This document shows positions 10,220 through 19,960 of a stretch of DNA of 64,000 bases, in pieces; positions within the stretch are counted from its first letter, which is position 1, and every line of letters begins with the position of its first letter. The translations under genes were made by a program, and so were the position numbers. The notes beneath the pieces are model-generated. The model did not search any database and was not told where the DNA came from. It saw only the letters and a list, made by a program, of their open reading frames with translations. The DNA is from an uncultured bacterium (GTDB lineage: Bacteria > Verrucomicrobiota > Verrucomicrobiia > Limisphaerales > UBA8199): contig CAVVMW010000004.1 of the NCBI GenBank assembly GCA_963749495.1, positions 128,001 through 192,000 on the forward strand, in the 5' to 3' direction.

Positions 10220-11809
10220 ATGCCATTTGTTCAATCTCGACATGTAACTGTTCAGGTGGGGCAGACCAGAGGTCTGCCCCACCTGAACAGTTACCTTGAC
10301 TTTTTCCAGGCGCGGGCGCACAAGCTTGGCCCGGTGTTTGCGGTCCCGGCCAGCTTCTATGCCCAGTGGCGGGTGCGCAACGGGCTCGCCCCGCTCCTGC
10401 GCGAGGACCCGGAGTCCCCGCCCGAGCGCCTGCTCCAGGCCGTGTGGCTGCACCAGCGCCTGCTCCGCGATCACCTGACAACCTTGGACGGCCAAACGCT
10501 CCGGGTGCTTCATCCCGGGTTTCACAGCCTCGAAGGCGGACCCGATTTCCGCGGCGCCAGCCTCCAGTTCGGCGACGCCGCCCCGCAGTCCGGCAACGTG
10601 GAAGTGGATCTGCGCTCCAGCGGGTGGCGGGCCCATGGCCACGACCGCAACCCGGCCTTCCAGGGCGTCATCCTGCACGTGGTTTGGGAGTGCGAACGGC
10701 CCATGCCAGGCACCCCGCCGGCGCTGGCGTTGCGCCGGGCCCTGGACGCCCCGCTGGGCGAACTGAGCCTGTGGCTGGGCGCCGAGGCCGTCCAGGCCCT
10801 GCCCGACGAGTTCCGCGGAAACTGCGCCTCGCCGTTGCGGGAATTGGGTGCCGAGCAGTTGCTCGAACTCCTCCACCAGGCCGCCCAGGTCCGCCTCTGC
10901 TCCAAGGCCGCCCAATTCCAGGCCCGCGCCCGGCAGGCCGGCTGGGAGCAATCCCTCTGGGAGGGCCTCTTTCGTGCCCTGGGCTACAAACACAACATCT
11001 GGCCCATGCAACGCCTGGCCGAATTGCGCCGGCGCTGGTGCCCCGGCGCCGCCCCCGCGCTTGCCCTCCAGGCCCGGCTCTTCGGAATCAGCGGCCTGTT
11101 GCCGCCCGAACTGACCCGCTCCGAATCCGGCGCGGACCATTACCTGCGCCGCGTGTGGGACCAGTGGTGGCGCGAGCGCGATGAGTTCTCCGACTGCCTG
11201 CTGCCGCGGAGCCTCTGGCGGCTCCATGGCCAGCGCCCCGCCAACCACCCCCAGCGCCGCCTGGCCCTGGCCTCAGGCTGGTCCGCCCAGGCCGACCTGC
11301 CCGCCCGCCTCGAACGCTGGTGCGCCCGCGACTGGCCCGACCGCGCCCTGGCCCAGTCCCTCCTGGACACACTCCAAGTCGAGCCGGACCAATTCTGGTC
11401 CTGGCACTGCACCTTCCGCTCTCCGAGGCTCAAGCGCCCCCAGCCGCTCCTGGGCATCACTCGCGTCACCGACCTGGCCATCAACGTCATCCTGCCCTGG
11501 CTCTGGAGCCGCGCCGTGGAAGGCAAGAGCACCGCCGTCCAGCGCGCCCTGGAGCATCGCTACTTCACTTGGCCGCCCGCCCAGGACAACGCCCTCCTGC
11601 GGTTGGCCCGCCAGCGCCTCTTGGGCGGCGCCCCGCCCCGCGCCCTGCCCTCCGCCGCCGCACAGCAGGGCCTCATCCAGATCGTCCACGACTTCTGCGA
11701 CCACTCCACCGCCACCTGCCAGGAGTGCCGCCTGCCCAGCATGGTGCGGGAGTTGTGCGCGCAGGGAATAAGGTCCTCGAAAGCGGATCAAGTCCTCGAA
11801 AGCGATTAA
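10220..11809 (+). CDS. DUF2851 family protein (start uncertain, possibly after 10294)
   Basis: Motifs GPDF, GNVEVD...W..HGHD.NPAF..VILHVVW, RPANHP.RRL, and C-terminal C...C..C. Confidence 0.9.
   Translation: MPFVQSRHVTVQVGQTRGLPHLNSYLDFFQARAHKLGPVFAVPASFYAQWRVRNGLAPLLREDPESPPERLLQAVWLHQRLLRDHLTTLDGQTLRVLHPGFHSLEGGPDFRGASLQFGDAAPQSGNVEVDLRSSGWRAHGHDRNPAFQGVILHVVWECERPMPGTPPALALRRALDAPLGELSLWLGAEAVQALPDEFRGNCASPLRELGAEQLLELLHQAAQVRLCSKAAQFQARARQAGWEQSLWEGLFRALGYKHNIWPMQRLAELRRRWCPGAAPALALQARLFGISGLLPPELTRSESGADHYLRRVWDQWWRERDEFSDCLLPRSLWRLHGQRPANHPQRRLALASGWSAQADLPARLERWCARDWPDRALAQSLLDTLQVEPDQFWSWHCTFRSPRLKRPQPLLGITRVTDLAINVILPWLWSRAVEGKSTAVQRALEHRYFTWPPAQDNALLRLARQRLLGGAPPRALPSAAAQQGLIQIVHDFCDHSTATCQECRLPSMVRELCAQGIRSSKADQVLESD
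10244..10294. repeat. Perfect 24-bp hairpin with 3-nt loop
   Basis: gtaactgttcaggtggggcagacc-aga-ggtctgccccacctgaacagttac. Confidence 0.95.
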
Positions 11810-11888
11810 AGCCGTCTTGCTTCTCAATCGGGGCGATCTGTGCGCGTTGGTGTTGCGGTGTGCGCGCGGGCGCGTGTATATTCGTTCC

Positions 11889-12116
11889 ATGAAACAGCGG
11901 AAGAACCTTCTGCTCTCTCCAGAGGCCATAGCGCGCGGGGAGCAACTTGCCCAGGAGACGCGCAGCAGCCTTTCGGCGGTCGTGGAGGCGCAATTGCTGA
12001 ACGCGCCCTGTCCCGGGGCTGAAGCAGAGGATTACTGGGGTGGACCCGCGCTCAAGCCGCTACCGCGGCCAGGTGATGCGCGCGCCAAATATCTCAGGCG
12101 CAAGCACGGCGCATGA
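11889..12116 (+). CDS. Putative RHH-type antitoxin
   Basis: 75 aa MKQRKNLLLSPEAIARGEQLAQETRSSLSAVVE. Its stop overlaps (ATGA) a PIN toxin remnant. Confidence 0.7.
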   Translation: MKQRKNLLLSPEAIARGEQLAQETRSSLSAVVEAQLLNAPCPGAEAEDYWGGPALKPLPRPGDARAKYLRRKHGA

Positions 12117-12224
12117 TCGTGCTGGTTGATACGAACGTGCACACGAAATTTGAGGGACTTTAAGTTCTCGCGGGTGCCGGCGCTCCATCCGGAGGAGTTC
12201 ATGGCTCGCTTTCACCCCGGTTAA
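12113..12224 (+). pseudogene. VapC/PIN toxin with large internal deletion
   Basis: PIN start MIVLVDTNV joined out of frame to PIN end TRNLRDFKFSRVPALHPEEFMARFHPG-stop. Confidence 0.8.
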
Positions 12225-12415
12225 CTTCCTTACATGGCTCGCGCGCCACAGCGCACTTGACGGGGTCATGGAGGTGAAGGGGTCCCCCACTAGGGCGGAT
12301 GTCACCCATTAGGACGGGTGTCAGTCCCGCATAACCGCCTCTCTTGAGCCGATGTCCGTCCCGGCCACAACCGTGCAGACGAGCCCCAACCAGTGAGAAC
12401 ATACGATTATGCGGG

Positions 12416-12700
12416 ACCGCCGTCCAGCGCGCCCTCGAGCATCGCTACTTCACCTGGCCCCCCGCCCAGGACAACGCCCTCCTGCGGTTGGCCCGCCAGC
12501 GCCTGCTCGGCGGCGCCCCGCCCCGCGCCCTGCCCTCGGCCGCCGCCCAGCAGGGCCTCATCCAGATCGTCCACGACTTCTGCGACCGCTCCACCGCCAC
12601 CTGCCAGGAGTGCCGCCTGCCCCAAATGGTGCGGGAGTTTGTGTGGGGGGCGAATAAAGTCGTCGAAATCGAATAAAGTCGACGAAAGTGATTAAAGCCG
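12416..12700 (+). repeat. Diverged duplicate of the DUF2851 3' end (matches 11531-11814)
   Basis: TAVQRALEHRYFTW...CQECRLP is nearly identical, and similarity continues to gattaaagccg. Confidence 0.95.
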
Positions 12701-12703
12701 CAT

Positions 12704-13544
12704 CTATTCAACGGTCCGGTAGTCGGGCGCGGCGGCAGGCGCGCGTTCTGCGCGGAAATTCCCCGTTCGTTGCACCGTGCGCTCGCGATGCACCTGATGG
12801 TCTCGGTTCCATCTTTGCAGGGCGGCGTCAGTGGAATCAACAAACAGAGCCTGCAATGATAGCGACTCGGTGTGGCCGTCGCAGAACACCACATTGGCTT
12901 TCCCCTGATGGCGGGAGTAGCTCCGTTTGGTGCTCCCTGAATAGTCCTCGTCGGGACGGCATGCCCGCCGCCAGAGAGAGGTCACCCCGTCTAATACGAT
13001 GCCATTGCCTCCTGCGAACCCGTCACCGATGGCCATCATCTCGGTTGGCATGGCGACTGCCGTCTCCGGGACAGGCCCGCTCAGGTTGCCCGAAGGGCTT
13101 GCCGCGTCGGTTCCTCCAAGACCCAGTGGAGCGGGGTCTCCCGGCTGGGTTGAGCCCCCGAACATTATAACCATAGTCCATGTAATTGAGATCCATCCAG
13201 GAAGGACGGCAGGAAGGACGGCGTGCCGATGGACAGCGCCATACACCGCGGTCCGAGAAAGCAGGTATGCGGCCCATATTTCTTGGGGAAAGCTCTCTTG
13301 TCTCTAAGAACAGTGGCCAGCCCACGTCCTCAAATTCGAGGGGATACCTATGGGAATCCGAGACGAATCCCTGCAAGGCGATACCCAGTTGGCTCAAGTT
13401 GTGGGCACAACGCGCCCGCTGCGCCTTCCGTTTGGCACCCAGCAATGCCGGGAGGAGCATCGCTACCAGAATGGAGATGACCGCGACAACGACCAGCAGT
13501 TCGACCAGCGAGAACCCCTTGTTCGTAGCGAGTTGTTCTTTCAT
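12704..13544 (-). CDS. Prepilin-type N-terminal / H-X9-DG (DUF1559-like) protein, frameshift about 13150
   Basis: GFSLVELLVVVAVISILVAMLLPAL in one ORF and RHQGKANVVFCDGH in the overlapping ORF. Confidence 0.85.
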
Positions 13545-13960
13545 TGCACTTTAGACAGGTTCGTCATTTGCACGTCACGGTGAGCGAAACTCAAAACGTA
13601 TCCAGGCTGGATCCTGCTTGGACCCCTGCGGTAAAGTTGTCTTTGTTCGCAGATTCGGCTCATCCTCCGGCCGGTTTTAGCAGGTTTGGATGACTTCCGG
13701 GCGGCGACTGACAGCAAGCCCGAGCCGACGGATCAGGGGTTTCCGTTCGCAGGTTTAGATGACTTTTATTACTGCGCACAGTTTGTGCCGGGGGAATTCA
13801 GATGCGAACGGAGTTTGCCAAATGTGAGCGCGTGAATTGCGGTTTTGAACCAACGGGCAACCCATCACCGGGTCGCGGCGAAGGCCCATCCACCTTCCGC
13901 TAAGAACCAGCGGTTCACGAGAGATTGATGTGCCGAATGGGCTTGCCAATGCCGGAATGA

Positions 13961-13978
13961 GCTGACATATTTGTCAGC
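13961..13978. promoter_or_regulatory. Palindromic operator of the toxin-antitoxin pair
   Basis: gctgaca-tatt-tgtcagc abuts the ATG, with a TTGCCA -35-like hexamer upstream. Confidence 0.6.
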
Positions 13979-14203
13979 ATGAAGTCGCTTTCAAAACGGG
14001 AGTTGGTTCGCAATCCGTCGCTAGCCTCCCATTTGAAGCCGGGACAATCGTTGCAGTTGGAAGACGGCAAGGAACCGCTGGTTTTATCGCGCCGCAAGCG
14101 CGCGCGGCTCACGGCCGAGCAAATTCACACGGAGCTGGATCGGCTCTGTGAAGGCGCTCCCGCCCAGGATGCTCAGGCCGCCCTGCGGGATCTGCGCCAA
14201 TGA
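13979..14203 (+). CDS. Putative Phd/YefM-like antitoxin
   Basis: 74 aa MKSLSKRELVRNPS... with ATGA coupling to a PIN remnant and a palindromic operator. Confidence 0.65.
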   Translation: MKSLSKRELVRNPSLASHLKPGQSLQLEDGKEPLVLSRRKRARLTAEQIHTELDRLCEGAPAQDAQAALRDLRQ

Positions 14204-14304
14204 CGATCCGAGAGCAACTCAATCCGGATCTCTTTGTGTCGGGCGATAAGGATCAGTTGACGCTGGCGACCGCTCGCGGGTTCCAGTCCGCGCGCTTCTA
14301 CTAG
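14200..14304 (+). pseudogene. VapC/PIN toxin with internal deletion
   Basis: 34 codons MTI-REQLNPDLFVSGDKDQLTLATARGF..., a PIN-like C-terminus without the core. Confidence 0.65.
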
Positions 14305-14484
14305 AGTCCTTGAATTCCAAAACCCGCTGTAAACGCGTCAAGATATATTCAGCGCGTTCCTGTCACCGATTCCCACGCCGCGGCATCTTATTGATGAAGG
14401 CATTCATTTTGAGACAATGGCCCCGATGCGAAACCAGGACGGATTATCCGGGATAGGAGCTGCGCCCGGTGCGGAGCCTCGGCG

Positions 14485-17109
14485 GTGGATGCCAGGCTTG
14501 TCCTTGCGGCGCGACGCGGTGACAAACAGGCATTTGTCGAGATCGTGGCGCGGCACCAGGCAATGGTCTGCGGCATTGCGCTCGGGGTGCTGGGGGACTT
14601 CGCGGCGAGCGAAGATGCCGGGCAGGAGGCATTCCTGACGGCCTGGCGGAAGTTGCACGACTTGCGCGAGCCGGAGCGGCTGCGTCCTTGGCTGAAGCAG
14701 ATCGCCCACACCGCCGCGCTCGGGCACCTGCGCCGCCGGCGGGAGCACGAGCCCCTGGACCAGGCGCCCGCCCAGGTGGACGCATCTCCGGGTCCGGACG
14801 AGACCGCGGCCAAGGACGAAGAAGCCGCGCTGGTGCGCGAGTGGCTGGCTCAACTTCCCGAGACCTACCGTCTGCCGCTCATCCTCTACTACCGCGAGGG
14901 CCAATCGGTGCGCTCGGTGGCCCAGACGCTGGACCTGAGCGAAGACGCCGTCAAACAGCGCCTGGCCCGCGGACGCGATCTGCTCCGGGACCGCATGGCC
15001 GGCTTGGTCGAGACCGTCCTGGCGCGCACCTGGCCGACGCCTGTCTTTACCATGGCCATCGCCGTCGCCATCGGCGCGCTGGCCGCGCCGGCGGCGGTGG
15101 CGGGGAGCGTCTTCGCGGCGGCCTCGGCAGGAGCCGCCGCCGCCTCCGCTCCCCCAGCCTCCACAACCTCCTTTCTGACCCTTATGAGCGCTTCCAAAAC
15201 CGTCCTTATTACGGCTGCTTTCGTTGCCTTGGCCTGCATCCCGGCCGGCTATCACGTCCGCGCCACCCGCTACCGACTCCTGGCCGCCCAACCCGTGGCG
15301 CCCATCGCGGTGCTCACTCCGGCCACGGCGCCTGACTCGGCGCCGAGCTTCGAGAAGAGCGCGCTCTTTGCCGAATGGCGCCAACTCCACGAAACCTACG
15401 GCCGCGGCAGCAATGCCATGCCCGCTCTTTACAGGGCAATCGCCGGCCTCAAGGACCCGTTTCGCCGCCGCGCCTTTCACACCGCCCTGGTTGCCGAGTG
15501 GGTGCAAGTGGACCCGGCGGGCGGCCTCAAGTTTTTTGTCGGCAAGGCGCCGCAGGAAAGCCAGCGCCGGGAATTCGAGGACCAACGCCGGCAGTTCTTC
15601 AAGGAATGGCTGGCGCTCGATCCTCGCTCGGCAGTCGAGGCCCTGCTGGCCGCGGGCCCGGGCTGGGAGAGTCTGGCAAACGACTGCCTGGCGGACATTG
15701 CCCGGCGCCTGCCCGCGCGGTTGGCAGACGTAGTCTCCCGTCTGCCCGCGCCTGAGGATTCGTGGGAAAAGCCCGTGCGGGATGCGTTTGCCATTGCCGC
15801 GGCGGGCAACCTGGCTGGGGCACGCCGCGCCGCCGAGTCCATCACCGGCCCGAACCGCGAGCAGGCCCTGTCCGGATGCGCCCAGGTCTGGGCAAAGACC
15901 GACTTCGAGGGAGCCCTTGCCTGGGCCAAGGCGCTGCCTGCCGGCGCCGAGCGCGATGAAGCCATCCGGGCCACCCTCGAGGGCGAGGCAGCAGTCAACC
16001 CGGCCGTCGCCCTGGACCAGGTGGGAATAGTGCCCTCCGGGGGCAGGCATGCGTGGTTTGGGACCACAACGGGTGCGCGTGTCTTGAGAGCGGCAGCCGA
16101 CACCGATTTCGATGCCGCGGTGGCTTGGCTCACAACTCATTCGGGCCAACTGGGGCGCGAGGACGTGACCGGTGGACTGGCGGGCGCCGTCACGGAGCGG
16201 CTCAATGCAGACGGCACCGGCTTCCTGGATCGGTGTGCTCAGGACGGTTCGCTGGCGGCAATCCTTCCCGCGGTCGAGAGCGCAATTCTCAATAGTGCCT
16301 CGGGCCAGCGGGGCGTGATCTGGGATTGGCTCAAAGGACAGCCCGACAACGCCCCGACAAAATCGCTCAAGGAAGAGGTGCTCAACTCGGCCGGCTACCA
16401 GGATCCGGCGCTGGCGCTGCAGTTGGTGGCGGACCTGCCGCGAACTGCCGAGGGCGATTCGCGCGTGTCGGCCTTGGCCAACAGCCTGCTCAACGGCGGC
16501 TCCATGCTTTATCGCCTCGACCCGCTGCTCGAACAAGCGCCCAACCGTCTAAAGCAGCCGTTGCTGCAGGCCGCGTTCCAGGCCCTTGCTTCGAGGAATT
16601 CCCAGGACCTCGTTGGCGACCCGCAGCAGTGGGTCTCTCGCCTGGCTCAACTTCCCGACTCGGCCCGCGCCATGGGCACGCTCTCTCTGGCCCACGCCTG
16701 GGCGGATCGGAGCCCCGAAGAGGCCGTGGCTTGGGCGACGGGTCTGCCGGCGGGAGAGGCGCGCAATGGGGCCGTGGCCGCCATCGCGGACGCCTGGGCT
16801 GCCAAAGACGCGCGTAGCGCCGCCGAATGGGTCGCCTCACTGCAGCCCGGGGCGGACCGCGACCGGGGCGCCGAAGCGGTCGTCAGGGCAGTCGCCTCCA
16901 CCTCCCCGCGCGAGGCCTGGGATTGGGCCTTGAGCATCCAGGACCCCCCCGGGCGGGATCGCGCCGCCGCGCAGGTCGCCAAAACCATGGCCCTCCGTGA
17001 CCCCGACACGGCCCGGCAATGGATCGAGACCGGCCCGTTTTCCGCCCAGACCAAGGTGGAACTTCAAGCGGCGCTTGCGCAGGCGAGCGCCTTGCGCGGA
17101 CGGCGATGA
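14485..17109 (+). CDS. ECF sigma factor with TM segment and long helical-repeat C-terminal extension
   Basis: Sigma2 (SEDAGQEAFLTAW), sigma4 (LPETYRLPLILYY...VKQRLARGR), a hydrophobic segment, then DP.AA..W repeats. Confidence 0.9.
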   Translation: MDARLVLAARRGDKQAFVEIVARHQAMVCGIALGVLGDFAASEDAGQEAFLTAWRKLHDLREPERLRPWLKQIAHTAALGHLRRRREHEPLDQAPAQVDASPGPDETAAKDEEAALVREWLAQLPETYRLPLILYYREGQSVRSVAQTLDLSEDAVKQRLARGRDLLRDRMAGLVETVLARTWPTPVFTMAIAVAIGALAAPAAVAGSVFAAASAGAAAASAPPASTTSFLTLMSASKTVLITAAFVALACIPAGYHVRATRYRLLAAQPVAPIAVLTPATAPDSAPSFEKSALFAEWRQLHETYGRGSNAMPALYRAIAGLKDPFRRRAFHTALVAEWVQVDPAGGLKFFVGKAPQESQRREFEDQRRQFFKEWLALDPRSAVEALLAAGPGWESLANDCLADIARRLPARLADVVSRLPAPEDSWEKPVRDAFAIAAAGNLAGARRAAESITGPNREQALSGCAQVWAKTDFEGALAWAKALPAGAERDEAIRATLEGEAAVNPAVALDQVGIVPSGGRHAWFGTTTGARVLRAAADTDFDAAVAWLTTHSGQLGREDVTGGLAGAVTERLNADGTGFLDRCAQDGSLAAILPAVESAILNSASGQRGVIWDWLKGQPDNAPTKSLKEEVLNSAGYQDPALALQLVADLPRTAEGDSRVSALANSLLNGGSMLYRLDPLLEQAPNRLKQPLLQAAFQALASRNSQDLVGDPQQWVSRLAQLPDSARAMGTLSLAHAWADRSPEEAVAWATGLPAGEARNGAVAAIADAWAAKDARSAAEWVASLQPGADRDRGAEAVVRAVASTSPREAWDWALSIQDPPGRDRAAAQVAKTMALRDPDTARQWIETGPFSAQTKVELQAALAQASALRGRR

Positions 17110-17134
17110 GCATGAAACCTCCTACCAACAACCC

Positions 17135-18804
17135 GTGAAAGCACTCTTAAGTTTTTCAATCATAGCCGGCGGCGCGGCCATTGGCCTGGGGCTTGGCTTC
17201 GCATTCGGAGGAAGGCCGCTCTCCAGAACCGCTGAGTCCCCGGCCGCGGCCTCAGCCGCCGCTTCACGGACAAGTCCGGGCGCCGCGCTCAAACGCGCCG
17301 GCGAGAGCCCCCTCCGGGATGACTCTCCCCTGGCAACGAAGCTGGAGCGCGACCTGTCAATGTCCAGCGGCGTGATCCGCTGGCTCTGCTGGCTGGACGC
17401 TATTGAGAGGGCCGCGCCGGCGGACTTCCCACGCCTGGCCCGGCTCGCCAAAGGCAACGACGCCGCCGTGAGGCTGCTGGCGGAACGCTGGGTCCAAATC
17501 GCCCCGCGCCACCTCTTCGACACCCTCGTGGCCGCGTCACGAAACAGGGATTCGGCACTCCCGTTGGCTGAACTGGGCGGGGTCCTCTTTGATCAATGGC
17601 CAAGGCGGGATCCGGATGCGGTCCTCGCCGCGTTGAACAGTCTCCAGGATTTCGGGCTGCGCGACCAATGGCGCCACCGTGTAGTGAGTCCCATCTTCGA
17701 GGCCGATGTCGAGCGCGGGCTGCGGCTGATGTCCGAATGGCAGATCGGGAACTTCGGCCCGCGCATGAGCGGCGTCGCCAAATGGGCCGCCGCCGATCCG
17801 CGCCATGCGGCCGAATTCACGTTGGCAAACCCGGCCGGCTACGCCTCGCAGTTGACCATCGATGTGATTGGCAAGGAATGGGCCAAGACCGACCCCGCCG
17901 CGGCGCTGGCCTTTGCCGCCGCCAATCCCGGGGCCTGGGCTCCGCGCTTGCCACCGCCGCGCTCAAGGAATGGGCCGGGCGGAGTCTCACGGATGCCGGA
18001 GCCTGGCTCGCCGGAGCCAATCCCGAGACGCGGAATCGGCTCAGCGCTCCCCTCGTTCAGGCCTGGGCGCAGCAGGATGCGAGCAGCGCCCTGGCCTGGT
18101 GCCAGGCCAACCTCACCGGCACCCCGCTCGCGCAGGCCGTCGGCGGAGTCATCAAGGGCGCGGCCGAAACCGATGTCAATGCCGCCGCCGGCCTCGTGGC
18201 CGCCATGAGCCCGTCGGCCGCCCGAACCGAGGCGGCGCTGGCCGTCGCCCAGAAGTGGTTCCCGGGATTGTTGTCGGACCAAACAGTGAAACCGGAGACT
18301 ATCGCTTGGCTCGCCGGCCTTGATACCGACAGCATCCGACACGTCGTCGAGGAATTCCAATGGCAGTGGGCGACCTCCGATGCCAAGAGCATGACCGCCT
18401 TCCTGGCCGCAGCCAAGCCCGAGGGGATCCCCGCGGGCGCTTACTCGATCCTGGCCCGGCAGTTGGCCCGCAACAATCCACTGGAAACCCTCGACTGGGC
18501 CAGCCACCTGCCTGCCGAATGGGCACTCTCCGCCGCCAGCGCGGCCTTCGGCGAGTGGCGCGGCTCGCAGCCCGACGCCGCCGTGAAATGGCTCAACGAC
18601 CTCCCCGCCACCGAGCCGCGCCGCCAGCCCTGCTTCGAGGCTTCAATACGCATCCTCGCCTACGATCAAGAATCCCAGGCCGCCGATCAACTCGCCGCCC
18701 TGAACCCCGCCGACCGCGCCGCCGCCCAGCACATCATCGAAGGCATCTCCTCCCTCTCGTCGGACCACCGCACCCGCCTGCTCGAGGCCCTCAAGCCGCA
18801 TTGA
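17135..18804 (+). CDS. Membrane-anchored helical-repeat protein, frameshift about 17935
   Basis: GTG start and N-terminal TM. WA..DP.AA repeats continue across ORFs 16997..18208 and 17596..18804. Confidence 0.75.
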
Positions 18805-18897
18805 CCCGGGCCGCTGTCCCATCACGGCAGCGGTCCCTAGTTTGATTCAGAGCCGCTGCGAGCGCATTGCACGGAAGTTCACACCATAGCCGTACAT

Positions 18898-19008
18898 CAT
18901 CATTTTTCTGCCCCCATTTTTCTGCCTTCGCTTTTCTGCCGGTCTGTCGAGAGCAGGCGCAGCAAGGGGCGCGGTTCCTCTTGGATGTAGGGCATGGTCA
19001 CAGGCCCA
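18898..19008 (+). repeat. 111-bp dispersed direct repeat, copy 1
   Basis: Matches 19800-19910, with a partial copy at 25407-25471. Confidence 0.9.
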
Positions 19009-19076
19009 AAGCGGCGAGAACTGTCACGGGGGAGCGCGCCTTGGCTTTCACCAAAGCAACACGGTCAACACCCAGG

Positions 19077-19319
19077 TCACTTCTTCTCGCTCCCTTGCGT
19101 GCGGCGGTCAAGCCGCGGCAGGCCTTCCTGCTTCACCCATACCGAGTAATCGGAGGCTATGGCGGCTTGGAGCAAAGCCTCCGAACACCCCGCCTGTTTC
19201 GCTGCTTCGGTCAGTGCTTCCTGGTAACACCGCAGCATCTTCGGCCGTTCGGACGGCTCGCAAGTGCGGAGGTCGTAATAAGCGCCGTGCAGCCGGGCGA
19301 TGTACTCAGGCTGCGGCAT
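19077..19319 (-). CDS. Small hypothetical protein (80 aa)
   Basis: MPQPEYIARLHGAYYDLRTC... Its start overlaps the end of the upstream gene. Confidence 0.7.
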   Translation of the reverse strand: MPQPEYIARLHGAYYDLRTCEPSERPKMLRCYQEALTEAAKQAGCSEALLQAAIASDYSVWVKQEGLPRLDRRTQGSEKK

Positions 19320-19719
19320 TGAAAACGCGCTGGCGGACGGCCTCGATTTCGGCGGGAGAAAACCGGGAATGCCGGCTCCGCTGCATGATCCGCAGCAGTT
19401 CCAACGAGGCGTCGAGCGCTTCGAGCGTTTGGCCGGAGGCAGACAAGTCCACGCCGTTGAGGCGGATTTGGTGGAGCAACCAGCCGCCGCAGCCGATCGC
19501 CAGGTTGACCACCGCCTCGTGCATCGCCAGCGCCTCCTGGGACGGCGTAGCGGCGGCGTCAAGGCCCTCACTCAACTCGCTGCACAAGTCCACCAGATCC
19601 AGCCACGAAACGACTTGCGCGGTCCACGGCAGCTTCAGCGAGTGTACGCGTCCGGCCAGGCGCCCCGCCAGCCGTCCGGCCACGCGATTGTCCAGCGATT
19701 CGGCTGTTCCAACGCTCAT
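19306..19719 (-). CDS. Hypothetical helical protein (137 aa)
   Basis: ATG at 19719, protein-like composition, coupled to the downstream small gene. Confidence 0.7.
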   Translation of the reverse strand: MSVGTAESLDNRVAGRLAGRLAGRVHSLKLPWTAQVVSWLDLVDLCSELSEGLDAAATPSQEALAMHEAVVNLAIGCGGWLLHQIRLNGVDLSASGQTLEALDASLELLRIMQRSRHSRFSPAEIEAVRQRVFNAAA

Positions 19720-19799
19720 GGGCAAACTTTGACACCATTCCGGCCCCGTGGCAAGCGCCACCCGCTCCGGCCCGAACACCCAAAGAATCGTTTGCCGCT

Positions 19800-19910
19800 C
19801 ATTATTTTTCTGCCCCCATTCTTCTGCCTTCGCCTTTCTGCGAGTTTGTCGAGAGCATGCGCAGCAAGGGCCGCGGTTGCTTTTGGATGCAGGGCATGGT
19901 CACAGGCCCA
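19800..19910 (+). repeat. 111-bp dispersed direct repeat, copy 2
   Basis: Matches 18898-19008. Confidence 0.9.
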
Positions 19911-19960
19911 TCGGTCCAACGGCCGGCTCTGAGCATGGATTGGATGCGGAACGGGAGCAA

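Noticed and set aside
8543..11248. 901-aa protease with a large N-terminal extension
   Set aside because: The extension is the antisense of DUF2851 plus repeat sequence.
12325..12417. Inverted repeat gtcccgcataa/ttatgcgggac as IS ends
   Set aside because: Only 11 bp with no transposase, although it does abut the DUF2851 duplicate.
11531..12700. Diversity-generating retroelement template/variable repeat pair
   Set aside because: Differences are mostly third-position and not adenine-specific, and there is no reverse transcriptase in the window.
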